Source: Owenia fusiformis (Eukaryota). Taken from it: a DNA stretch of 64,000 bases. The notes beneath the pieces are model-generated. The model was not told the DNA's origin, searched no databases, and saw only the letters and a list, made by a program, of their open reading frames with translations. Shown one piece after another: positions 25,858 through 37,834 of the stretch (within the stretch, counting starts at the first letter, position 1; each line of letters begins with the position of its first letter). Position numbers and translations under genes: made by a program. Where the stretch lies: contig CAIIXF020000001.1 of the NCBI GenBank assembly GCA_903813345.2, positions 45,074,001-45,138,000 of the forward strand. The letters are read 5' to 3'.

Positions 25858-27883
25858 TATATAATGCACAATCGATAAAAAATATATGCCCTTATGACAT
25901 TTGCACACTGAAATCAAGGAGGTGGCTCCCAGGATCGAAACTTGATATTTTCCAACAATGAAAACGTCAAAATGTCGTTATTTTCTGAAATTATAACTTA
26001 CTATAAATTCAAAATAAACAGTTCAGAAGATTCGAACCAATATCTCGATCATTTCTTGTGAGTTTTGGAATATTTCGTAAGGAAACAAGACCAAAATTCA
26101 TGATTCAAATGTTGAAGTGAACAAAATGGCGGTTGTTTGAATTTGAATTTTGTATCACGACATGCCCATATATGGGACAGAATATCGATGTTGCACTCTT
26201 GAAGCCAATCCTCCTTGTCTGAAATCATGAAATGTATTACCGTGACGTTATCCCCCTCTCTTGATTTTTAGCAAAATTATTTTGCGTCTCCATTAATTTT
26301 TTAGCTTGAGCCACAGTTTGTTTCAAACTTTGTTTCAAATGCTCTAGAAAATAGAAAAAAGATAATTATTGCTCTGTTTAATAGATAACAATTAAGCATA
26401 TTGAGTTCTCTTTCCAATATGCTTTATTTCATGAAAATCGAGCAACTATCGACTGTGTCATGAAATTGTTAAGGTAAGAAACAGTCAATCGAGAGAAAAA
26501 CTGATTTTTTCAAAAATTAGATCATCTTTTGAATTATTCCTTTGAATTCTTTTGCATATTCCTAAATCTTTATGCACACGGTGGTACCAGAATAATGATG
26601 ATACCTTCTTCCAATTTTTAGATATAATTTTTTTATTCTACCCGGCCCCCAATTTTTCATTTCACTATTTCGATGTTTGTGCCGTTGCTAGGTTGTTGAA
26701 TGCAACATCGTGAACCGAAATTATATTGGAACAATACCAAGTCATATATTCGTACACCTGCATACTAAATCATTGATTGGCATTTGAAAGTGTGTAACTT
26801 CAGTTCTAGAAAAGTTTTACCATGATTTAGTTTTATTTGAAAGATAATAGATTGTTATTAAAGGCAGCGAAGCATTTTTGGCACAAACAATTTATTGCGA
26901 AAGAAAATTGATAATTTATCACATAATGTCAAAAATTTGCATCCCCTAGGTCACGTTGACCTCGATTTGACCTATGTTGACCTATTTTTTAAAAAACAAA
27001 ACTTTTCTGAAGAGGTTATTGAACAAGGATTACAACAATACCAACTATAATGACATCAGATAAGTAATAAAAATCACAGAGGGGGTCCAAATGACCCCGC
27101 CTCAATTGCGACTTACATGTAGTGTTATAAAAAATTGCAGATATTAAGGTTTAAGCTGCAATGGCAATGTCAATGTTAGATGTAACGTATGCCTCCTCCA
27201 GTGAAATCATAAGAACTGCAAGATCTCAAAAACATGTATATATTATTACATCTGACCAATTGCAAAATAAACAGATGAGCATAAAAATGACTGATCCTCG
27301 TTGACAAGTATACCAAAAAATGTAGCGATGCCATATACGTCAATATCAAGACACCTGCCTCCTGAAATATATATATATTAAAGCACTGCAATCAAAGAAC
27401 ACTTGTCATCATTATAACATCATGGATGTTTTATCCATTCGATTTAAAACAGATTTTCTTACACTTTTCACTTACTTCCAGATAGATTTCAGCAAACCGT
27501 TTATATGCTCCTTTGACTAATCTGAGTTGATCTAGGTCAAGGTCAGAGGCCTTTATCTAGGCCAGTGTTTTTCCCTAACGATTGGTAAGAAATATGTATT
27601 TGTGTTAGATAAACGCTCAAAAGGATTGGTATCGATATAGCGAACTGAATTAAACATTGTTTTTCTCTTAAACCAATTATTGAAAACATTCATAAAAAAA
27701 TTCCTTTATTATATTTAGATGATCCTAGGATGATGACATTAATGTGTCATTACCTATTGTCATCCTTGTATTATAATAGAAGGCTGGACATCCCTATCCT
27801 GCAGCAGATCTTCTCAATTACGTGTGAGTTAAAGTAAATAAGGGGTCCAAGATGTTTCAAACTCCAACAGCATTTTTCTAAGC

Positions 27884-28282
27884 AATCGACCGGGCGCCGG
27901 CCGATGAATCGGAGCAAATGTGAACTAGTGATGTTGTGACAATACTCACGGCAAAATCAAGACATCGGGAAAAAGTCAACGGTGCCTGGTCGTTTTAGAA
28001 ATCGGCCGGTGCCCGGCGCAAATGTGACCAAGGCATTACTTACAGTACTTTTGTCTAGGTCCAATTTGCTCCAATTCATCGGCCGCCGCCCGGCTGATTG
28101 TAGTATATTGTTCAAAACTGATTTCAACTTGCTTCAAATTGACCAAACTTTTTTTGAAATCATGTACAAGTTCCCAGGAGTTTACAACTGACCATAACAT
28201 TTGAGAGTTGACCTTCAATTTTGAACAAAATACTCAATCGACCGGGCACCAGCCGATAGATCGGGGCAAATGTTACCTAGGC
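27884..28282. repeat. Small GC-rich modular repeat element; empty target of both LINE insertions
   Basis: Motif aatcg(a/g)ccgggcgccggccgat..gcaaatgtgac recurs at ~27884, ~28000 and ~28237, and inverted at ~28070. Confidence 0.55.
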
Positions 28283-28467
28283 TTAACCATATAATTCATC
28301 AAAGTTCAGAAGAATCAGTGTTTAAAACATTCTAAGCATTCTAATTCTAGAATGTATTTATATGTAGCCTCGGCCCCTCGCAATCTATGTAAATAATTAT
28401 GTTGAATTATATAGAAATAAATAACAAAAACCTTTAAAAAAATGTATTTCACACCACAGATTTGAAT

Positions 28468-29007
28468 CACTGCTACCCACCTAGTTACACAGACGTATCG
28501 TCAGTGTATCATGGCGGACCTACTTCCGGGACTAGGTTTCGGTAAGATTTTTTTATTTCCCGATTTACACCTACTTATAAGTCACGTTGTGGATAATAAT
28601 TTGGCTCGAAGTTAAGGAAGATAGTCTTGTTTGAGAATGTGTCGATGGTTTTAGGTTTTATATGTTAACGAAGACACAATTCACGTATTTAGTCCCTCGC
28701 TTTTGTTACACTGACGAACGACCAATATCAGTGTAATATTGGCAATATTAATGCCGATCGTCAGTGTAACAAAAGCGAGGTACTAAATATGTGAAATGCG
28801 TCTTCTTTAACATACCCAACCTAAAACCATCGACACATTCTCAAACTAGACTATCTCCCATAACTTCGAGCCAAATTATAATCCACATCGTGATTTATAA
28901 GTAGATGTAAATCGAGAAATAAAAATATCTTACCAAATTTAAATCCCGGAAGTAGTTCAGCAATGATACACTGACGATACGTCTGTGTAACTAGGTGGGT
29001 AGCAGTG
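28468..29007. mobile_element. 540-bp fully palindromic MITE (CAC termini, 5-bp TSD; Transib-like) upstream of TLR copy 1
   Basis: CACTGCTACCCACCTAGTTACACAGACGTATCGTCAGTG... is mirrored to ...GGTGGGTAGCAGTG, with the centre near aatattggcaatatt (~28735-28749). TGAAT flanks both sides. Confidence 0.85.
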
Positions 29008-29059
29008 TGAATGAAAAGGTCACAAAACTAGTTTGAATCGATAAAATTGATCGGCCTGG

Positions 29060-29067
29060 TATATAAA
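29060..29067 (+). promoter_or_regulatory. Candidate TATA box of TLR copy 1
   Basis: TATATAAA about 155 bp upstream of the ATG; reads TATGTAAA in copies 2 and 3. Confidence 0.45.
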
Positions 29068-29218
29068 ACTCCACAAAGCAAATCATAGCAGCAGAAAATA
29101 TAAGGTTTGTTTACTTTATTTTGTTGAGCTTGTCGCTATATTCCCGGTAAAAAGGCAACTGTGCTGTTAAGAAACTATAAAAACATAATACAAATATAAT
29201 CGACATCTAGAGAGCAAT

Positions 29219-32200
29219 ATGTTGGACATTCAAAACTTAATTTGCTTTGCGTTTGTGTTTTTAATCATCTGCCATATTTCGAAGACGAGACAAATTGTAA
29301 TAGATGGACCACCGACTGAGAATTGGATTATGTACAGAGCACATCTCAAGACATTCCAGAATATAAGTACAAATGGCCTTTGGAAAACAATCAGGGTCAG
29401 GTTGTCATTGATATAGACAGTTCGAAATGGTTAACAGTTGGTCATTATTCAACTGTATTGGATGTGAAGAGCAACACCATCGTGGGCACGATCTATAAGC
29501 TTGACATTGAATCTGATTGGGACGATCCGTTGGTTCAAAGAAACACGACTGTTTTACATGTTAAATGTAGAGAATACAATGGATTGAAACCTTGGATTCC
29601 TAATGCTGTTACTTTGGGACGGTATAGGGATATCCGTTACTCAAGAATTGAATGCTTCTTGAAGAACATCACTACACCATTCTTAAAGGGTCTCATACAC
29701 TTAAAGTGGTTGGATCTAGCGAACAACAATATTACTGAAGTTGAGCAGCATGCGTTTGATGATTTGATTGCATTGGAAGAGTTAGTCTTAACCAGAAACC
29801 CGATAAAGTTCCTTCCTAATGGACTATTCTGCAATATGCCCAAATTGAAGTCATTGAAGCTGGATTACTTAAACCTGACAGGATTCCCAACTGCTGCGTT
29901 CCATCCTTACATTGACACAGCACACAACCAATCCAAAACGACATGTCTAGGCAATCTTCAAGATCTGGATCTCTCAAATAACAAACTGGTCAGTATACCA
30001 AATGCTTCATTCTCTCAAATGAACATACTGACCAAGCTGAGTCTTTATAATTGCTCCATACATATTTTGGACGCGAATGCCTTCGAAGGGTTAACAAATA
30101 TCGAACATTTAGACATTGGACAGAATTGGATAAAAGAATTACCAGTTGACATATTTTCAAGTTCGTCCAAATTATACAATCTTACACATGTAAAGTTGGG
30201 TTCGAACAACATTACCCATTTCTCATTCGATTTGTTCGTGAAATGCGTAGCATTGACATTTGTAGACCTCCAGATGAATCAAATCGAACACGTACACGGA
30301 AGTATTAAGGACACTCGGCTCGAATTCATATATTTCAATGGCAATGTTATTCAATCATTTCCAGGTAATATGTTTTATTCTAATGACACAGATATTCTTG
30401 TGCTCAGCGATAATCATATTTCAATCATTCATCCCGATGATTTGTTAATGCCAACCCTAAAGCTTTTGGGATTAGATCGGAACAACTTAACAATTCTGGG
30501 GAACTTCACATTTCATCATCTTGGAAAGCTGAAACGTTTATTCGTAAGGAACAATAAAATCGCAGAACTTGGTGCACTGGCATTTGAAGGTCTTGAACAA
30601 TTGGAAGATCTTTTTCTGGACAACAACAAAGTCAAGAAGGTTCCGTCTGGAATATTCAAAAAAGTAAAACATTTAAAAACGTTGTCACTAAGACAAAATT
30701 ATATCCTTAACTTAGATGGAACAATGCTTGAGGGTCTTAACTCGTTGGATACTATTGATCTAGACAATAACATGATTCAAACTATTGAAACATATACATT
30801 CCAGCACTTTAAATCTCTTCGTATTGTTTCACTTCAGTCAAACCACATAACTACTATACCATATGGTATATTTGGACATTTGCGTCATTCATTAGGATGG
30901 ATAGATCTTAAAGGGAACAACCTAAGTGCACTACCAGCAGATTTGTTCACAGGATTCTTTAAGTTACGTTATCTCGTCATTTCCCATAACAATCTTGTCA
31001 ATCTATCTATGAAACTAGTCGACGGTTGTACAAATCTACAACTCCTAGATTTAAGTTACAATCAGATCAAAGACTTCAATGTTTCGTTGAAATCAAACAA
31101 GAAGTTAAGTCATTTATACGTCGCAAATAATCAACTTAAGAACGCATGGAATATCTTTGAACATATGCATCTTGTACCATCACTTATACATTTAGACCTA
31201 TCAGTAAACAATATGACTTCATTTGGATCAATTCCACGAGTATTGACAGGTATTCCGTCTTTTCTTCGTAGTGTAAATATAAGTCATAATCGTATCACCG
31301 ATGTTCCAGAAAATCAATTTTATCTATCAAGATGGTTGCAAGAACTGGATATGTCGGCTAACAGAATACAAACAATAAAAGAGCCAACGTTCATATCCAA
31401 GAATCATCCAGGAGATATTATCTATCATGTTGGTACAGAAAATCCGTTTGTATGTGATTGTTTCATGAGATGGGCAAGAAACGCACTTAATGAGTCTCTG
31501 TGCACAGTTCCAATTCTGAGTGATGGGACGGCAAAGAGGATGAAAGATGTGCCAGCTCGTCTATATCTTTGTCAAATAAAAATGAAATGCCCGGAAAAAT
31601 GTGAGTGCTTTGCTGATACAGTAAAAGAGCCGTACATTTGGATACATATAAATGTTCCAACAAAGAACTCGAGTACATACCCTTTGAAATTCCAAATACA
31701 ACTAACGTACTAGATGTATCTCATAATAACATTAATCAATTGGATTCGGCAACATTTCATAATGCTAGTTGTCCTATATTGCAAATTTTGGACTTGTCTA
31801 GCTGTCAAATCACAGCACTCCTTGGGAATGACATTTTCAATGGATTTGTTCAATTAACAATATTGAACCTAAGTAATAATCTCATAGTGCAACTAAACGG
31901 TGAACCGTTTAAAAACCTATTTTTGTTGAATGAACTTTACATTTCCAAAAACTCTATCAAAACGATCGAAGACAATGCATTTTCTGGCCTCAAAACACTG
32001 TCTTCCCTTGATCTTGAAGGCAATCGTCTTCAGAATGTAAATCTTACGATTTTTGAATCACTGGATCTGATGTTAATTAATGGAAACCCGTTACTTAAGG
32101 TACTTGGAGGTGGCCCCCTAAATGTTCAAGACCAATGGGAATCAAAATGGTCTATTTTGCTGTCTAATAATCCATGGGACTGCTGTACGGCTTTATCATT

Positions 32201-32957
32201 AAAGAGATGGTTAAACTCTCACCAATCAATCATACCCAATTTGGTAGACATTCACTGCATGCGAGGCAATTTGACCGAGTTGGTTCCTTTATTCGAAATC
32301 AGTGATTCGAACTTAACATGCATTCCAGAGCCGCCAATACCATTCCAGCAGACTTCGTACTTCCATGCAATTATAGGAGTACTTGTTGTTGTATCTCTCA
32401 TCCTCACAACTGCATTACTTTTTAAACGATTTGAATCACTTATAAAACTAAAGTTCTTTATCTGGTTTGGTTGGCGATTCGACAGGATAGACAACAGTAA
32501 TAAACAATATGACGCATTATTGTCATACAGTGGGCTCAATGGTGATTGGGTGCGTGATGAGTTGCTGATAAAACTTGAGGAAGCTGGGTATAAGCTCTGT
32601 TTACACGAACGTGACTTCAGAGCTGGGGAACCTATCATGGACAACATAAATAATGCCATAGACAACAGCAAAAGGACAATTATTGTTCTGTCGAATGAGT
32701 TTCTACAAAGTGGATACGCGTTATATGAGTTTTTAAGGTCATACGATGATTGGGTCAGAGGTGAACGAGATCCTGTCATCTTAGTGCTGTATGATTCGCT
32801 GGATACTTTAGACGAAGATGACTTAGCAAAACATCCTTCTTTAAAGTTGTATTTATCTACAAGAACATATCTTGCGAGAAATAATAAATATTTCTGGGAA
32901 AATATTATTCTCGCAATGCCCCGCCCGGCGACGAAGGCAACGAGATCCAGACAATAA
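29219..32957 (+). pseudogene. Toll-like receptor copy 1 (mcc-type), frameshifted (pseudogene or assembly indels)
   Basis: Three overlapping ORFs (29219-29416, 29323-31713, 31638-32957) are collinear with copy 2. Single-A deletions at ~29341 and ~31651; 4-bp extra gccc at ~32921 changes the C-terminal tail. Confidence 0.9.
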
Positions 32958-33162
32958 TGGTAACGATGGTTTGATGCTGGCTTGAAAACTGAGTCTTTAT
33001 CTAGTTTGGTTGGCGATTTGTATTGGGTTCGAATTGACAATCCGATACTAAAATAAATGGCGGCTCATCTTACCTAGACTGGCTAGTATGTTGTTCCATA
33101 ATCAGATCTATAATTATATTGTAGTTTTTTCTTTAATTAATGCTTATATCTTGTTTTACTGA

Positions 33163-33723
33163 CGGAACCGTCGTACTTCAATCCTACTAGACGTTTTAAC
33201 AACGAGTTGAACTGTCTGAGGACGTGTTGAGAACGAGGTAGAACTAATTGCAAACGGGTTTAAACTGATTAAGAACGAGTTAGCAAAAATATAGCTATCA
33301 CACCAAACAAGTTGCCACTGCGTTCTTCAAAACTGGTTTGAAACTGTGTGCGAACGGGATGAACGTAGCTGCAACTTTCTAAGGTCTATTTACGAACTTT
33401 ATGAACGTACTCAGACGGGAATGTGATTTTAGAATTTTGAATCGATTCAAAATTCGATGGCGACCATACCGTTCTGTAATCAGGTCATGTTGACCTTCTA
33501 GAATAAGGGACGCGTTCTACAACGTTGCATATCGACGTGGTGCGACCTGAACGAACTGCGAACGAGATGGACGTATTGAAGGCTGTTTAAGAACGAAGAA
33601 GCTAATCATTTTAGACATATTTCCCGACCACAGCCAGATTGAGCCCGTTTTACGACGTTTTCGTAGGACTGGCAAGAACGGGTAAGAACTAGTTTGGTGT
33701 GAAAGGGGGGGGGGGGGGGGGGG
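33163..33723 (-). mobile_element. Partial inverted copy of the 9096-16420 MITE downstream of TLR copy 1
   Basis: Reverse complement of 9096-9203 joined directly to 15721-16185; ends in a poly-G run. Confidence 0.85.
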
Positions 33724-34177
33724 TAAACATGTTGACATCAACAGTGTTCTATAATTGAAGCGGTGAACATCCGTGATTATACATATATGTGATTTGGTAT
33801 CACTTCAAACCATATTGAATACAAGGTAATTCGCTTGTTGTATTGGGAATATGGAGTTTACAAATAATTTCAGGGGTCCCTAACTTCGAATCACGCGATT
33901 GCCAGCTCCGGTGTCGCTGACCAGTTTCCTTTTACCCGTACTACGTCCTCAGCACGCGATTACTGGTTGGTTAGTCGTGAACCACCAGTTCCTCTCTCCC
34001 TATCTCCACCCACTGTGTTTCACTGTGTTGCCCTTGATGTCAATAAACTTCGTGGTAAATTGTATTCTAGACGACCGTAAGGTATCTCACGAAACATTGA
34101 ATATAATAAGTGAAGATATTCCATTTTACTTTTATGAGCATGTGAGCGTTTATTTTATTTTACCATTAAGGAATGAA

Positions 34178-35560
34178 TCATATCATAAATGTTTGGGAGT
34201 ACTTTGAATTTAAAAAATAAGCAATCAAATGACCAAATTGGAACAGTTTATGTAAAAATAGAAACATTTATATTTATCCTAACTTTTGTATATTTTAGTT
34301 TGTTTTGTAGTTTAGCTATCATATCTATGTCCTCTTATATTTTGATACTTCTCTGCCATGTTATTTTCGGAAAAATTAACATGGCTGAAACTTCCTAAAT
34401 TACAAAAGGCCACAGCTTTGCTGCACATTATACATTACTATCTGAAATATACAAAAGTTAGGATAATTATAAATGTTCCTATTTTTACATAAATTGTTTC
34501 AATTTGGTCATTTGATTGCTTATTTTTTAAATTCAAAGTACTCCCAAACATTTACAGGGTTGTCCAAAAAAGTGAACCCCTGCAACTGGGCATATTTCCC
34601 TTATAACTTGCAGGAATTCTTTTTTATTTTCATATGTTGTAGAGTAAGGTCTAAAATTTATGTTGGTACCATACATTTTTCTTAGTCTTGAAATTTGCAG
34701 AAATTATAAGCCCTAACCAAACATTACTGAAAATGGATAAATTGTGATTTTCAATATCCGCAATTCTTCAACCCTTTAACACCTTTCCCCTGAGAATTTT
34801 TTAAGCTGCAGTCTTAAAGAACTAAAATTTTCTGACTTTGTTCAATTTTAAATCCTGCACATTATGGCTTAAAATTAGCATCCTACATTTGTTAGTTGCA
34901 AAGTTATTGTGATCCAAGAGATGTGCTAAGCTTCCACAGACGAAAACATTTTCCAGTGAAATCATGAGCATACCCCTATATGATCTTGAATTGTCAATAT
35001 CTTCATAAATCATGGACCAATTCTAATGATATATGGCTCAAAACATTGAATATTGGATTTTCTTTTGATTTTTTAAAGATATTTGATGAAGGGGTTATCA
35101 GATTCCTGATCACAGGGGGCAACTTCCTTCCATAAGAGGCCCCCCTCTAACTGTTGATGTAGGTAACATACCCCTGAACTGTTGAACAGTTAAAAATGCT
35201 TCAAAATGATCAATGAAAGTGTGAAATGTGTTTTCTGCTTGAATAGTGTCCCTTTTGTCATATGGTAGGGTTTTAAACTTTTATCTCTAACTGAAAGCTA
35301 TTTAAGATCATCCAATGTGTTTCAACAATTTCCGTGAATCACCTTTGTAAAATTGCGTACAATGTCTAATTTCCAGGCATGTTTGTTAAACGCTTGTAAT
35401 TTCTTCAAAATTTAAGACTGAGAATAAATTATGGCATCAACCAAAATTTTAGACCTTTCTCTACAACATGTGATAATATGAGCCAATTCATGCATATATT
35501 AAGAAAAATGTAGCCTGTTGCAGGGGTTCACTTTTTTTGGATCACCCTGTATGATTTGAC
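34178..35560. mobile_element. MITE (~90-bp TIRs) with a Tc1/mariner-type MITE (34555-35549) nested at a TA in its right TIR
   Basis: taaatgtttgggagtactttgaatttaaaaaataagcaatcaaatgaccaaattg is mirrored at ~34470-34554. Inner element: TA|cagggttgtccaaaaaagtgaacccctgcaac...gttgcaggggttcacttttttggatcaccctg|TA. Confidence 0.8.
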
Positions 35561-35674
35561 TATAGATGCATGCATTTGATTAGTAGAGTAACCCTGTCTA
35601 ACCAAGGAATCATTTTGGAGTATTTTGTCTATGTTCGTTTGGACTTTCATTCAAGAATGTACTTTTGGTGTATA

Positions 35675-36697
35675 TCAGCTTTCGTCAGATATGTGTTGAA
35701 AGAATCTCATGAGTGATGATGTATCAGACATGGAATCTTTGTCTATATATGGTATGTGTTTATATTTGTCTTCCAGTGATAGGTGTGTCGTATTTGGGTT
35801 TTTCTTAGTAGTTCCTGGCGTTGAAACGGAATGTTTAATCTCCAACATTGGTATTTCCTCCTCAACAGGAGTATTGTCTTCTAAAGTTTGACTTAAAACT
35901 TCAATATCTGCAGCATTTGCTTCCTCCAATGGAATCACAAGCCCTTCGAGATCTGAAAAAAAATTATGGATAAAATTAACAATTTGCAATTTACAGTTTG
36001 CAATATTGTTCACTTGTAAAAAATGACCCAGCCAGCAAGGTGTGGAACAATCGAGTATTCACCTGGTTCATCCGAAGGGTCGAATGCTATGTTAGTATAT
36101 CCTCCATTTTCCTTTAACTTCTTTAGTGCATCTTTTCGTTCCTTTTCATTGAGGTCACCCAACAGATATTCTCGATACCTTAGTCTTTTCGCCTTTTTAC
36201 TGAAAAAAAGCAAAATATCCTTAATACTTTGTGTACAATGCATAGGATGGTAGTATTTCTTGATAGTGATTAATCTTTAAGATTTGATTTCTTATTTGTC
36301 TGTTGATTGTTGAATGTATTATGTAAAACGATGTTAAGATTTTTACAGAGTATATTTGCCAGAATAACTATTGCAGCCAGGCAAAGTAGTGTTATTTGAG
36401 TAAGATTAATAACATTGATCAGATTGAACACTTACGCTCTTTCAATCCTTATGAATATCTCCATAATGAGAAGTATTGCAAGAAGCCCAAATATGAAGAC
36501 CAAGACGCCTATCACCACTGAAAATGTGATAAACTTGGGTTTAAAAATGCGAAATGATTTGGGGAATTATCCTCGCCACCTATTTACAATGTTTCAATGT
36601 TACAATTTTTACATATTATTGTTTTGAGCTTGTGATTTTAGGTACTGTACACAGTTATGACTTGACTTACTCGCCCAAGGTGTCTCGCAAATCCCAT
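35675..36697 (-). pseudogene. 3' exons of a single-pass membrane protein gene (TM exon 36517-36436, exons 36199-36063 and 35952-35675, probable small exon ending 36671); upstream exons degraded
   Basis: GT-AG splicing gives ..VIGVLVFIFGLLAILLIMEIFIRIERA-KKAKRLRYREYLLGDLNEKERKDALKKLKENGGYTNIAFDPSDEP-DLEGLVIPLEE...HISDES*. Candidate upstream exons at ~38011-37860 and ~38350-38218 carry frameshifts or stops relative to their homologs at ~24770-24660 and ~25110-24977. Confidence 0.6.
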
Positions 36698-36827
36698 CTG
36701 TACAACCCGCATTCTTTATAAAGAAGTGCATTAGCGTAGAATTCACACATAGCTATGCAAGGCTATGCAAGGTGTCCTAATCCAATCCGAACACGCTATT
36801 TCTTATAACCGCATTGCATTATATATA

Positions 36828-37834
36828 GATGAGACGTACCCGAGTAGACACAAAATTATTTAAGGTTTAATCACTAGGGGAGGGCATTTGTACTGAAAGG
36901 AGCGTTTTCAGTGTATCTTTTTTTAAGTAAATGTTTCAGAATATTTGTATACTGAAAAACGTCAGTACATTTTTCAGTATACAAAAAAACTGAAACATTT
37001 ACTGACTTTTTAAGGACATTTTAAGTACAAAAATATACTGACTTTTTAAGGACATTTTTAAGTATAAATAATATTGCAATTAATTTGTGATTGTGTTCAT
37101 ATCATGTTTTCATTTTGTTTGTGCAAGGAATGAAGTAATCATGGATTTATCAATGCAAAGTAGAGGCATGATCATATAGTAAACCAATTAAGCTTGATGA
37201 GTTCAGACATTTCTTTTGTTCTCCATACAGACACATCCAGTTTTTAATCCTTTTGTTAGTGTTAAAGTGTTTCATTAACCTATTAAAATGACCAGGTGTA
37301 CCCAGGTGTCACAATCTCCTCATAATGTCAAATTGCCCTGAGTATGGAAATATCCTATACAAGATGGATTTTCAGTATATTATTTATGCTCAGTTTTCAA
37401 AATAAAAAGTCAGTATATTTTTAAAATTCAGTATATTTTCAGTATATTTTTGTACTTAAAATGTTCTTAAAAAGTCAGTATATTTTTCAGTACATTTTTA
37501 TACTAAAAAATGATTTTAAAAGTCAGTATATTTTTCAGTACATTTCTGTACTTAAAACTATCTTTAAAAAGTCAGTATATTTTTCAGTACATTTTGTACT
37601 TGAAAATGCCCTTAAAAAGTCAGTATATTTTTCAGTACATTATATATATACTGACTTTTTTATCAGTACATTTTTCAGTATACTAATATACTGAGACATG
37701 TACTTAAAAAAAGTCAGTATATTTTTCAGTACAAAAATACACTGATAACGCTACTTTCAGTACAAATGTCCTCCAACAGTGATTACATATTGTAAACCTT
37801 AAATAATTTTGTGTCTACTCGGATACTTCTCATC
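36828..37834. mobile_element. TIR element with internal short tandem repeats (TA-flanked)
   Basis: ta|gatgagacgtacccgagtagacacaaaattatttaaggtt...aaccttaaataattttgtgtctactcggatacttctcatc|ta, with arrays of aaaagtcagtatattttcagtacatttt. Second copy at ~54441-55368; right part only at ~24370-24633. Confidence 0.75.

Noticed and set aside
27140..27560. Possible further 5' exons of the minus-strand membrane-protein gene
   Set aside because: Splice-like signals are present, but I could not build a consistent reading frame across them.
32252..33040. 262-aa minus-strand ORF (and the 232-aa ORF at 48647-49345)
   Set aside because: Antisense shadow of the TLR TM/TIR coding region; no recognisable motifs.
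33704..33723. Poly-G tract as a G-quadruplex regulatory site
   Set aside because: It is the expanded terminal G-run of a MITE and is much shorter in the sister copy.
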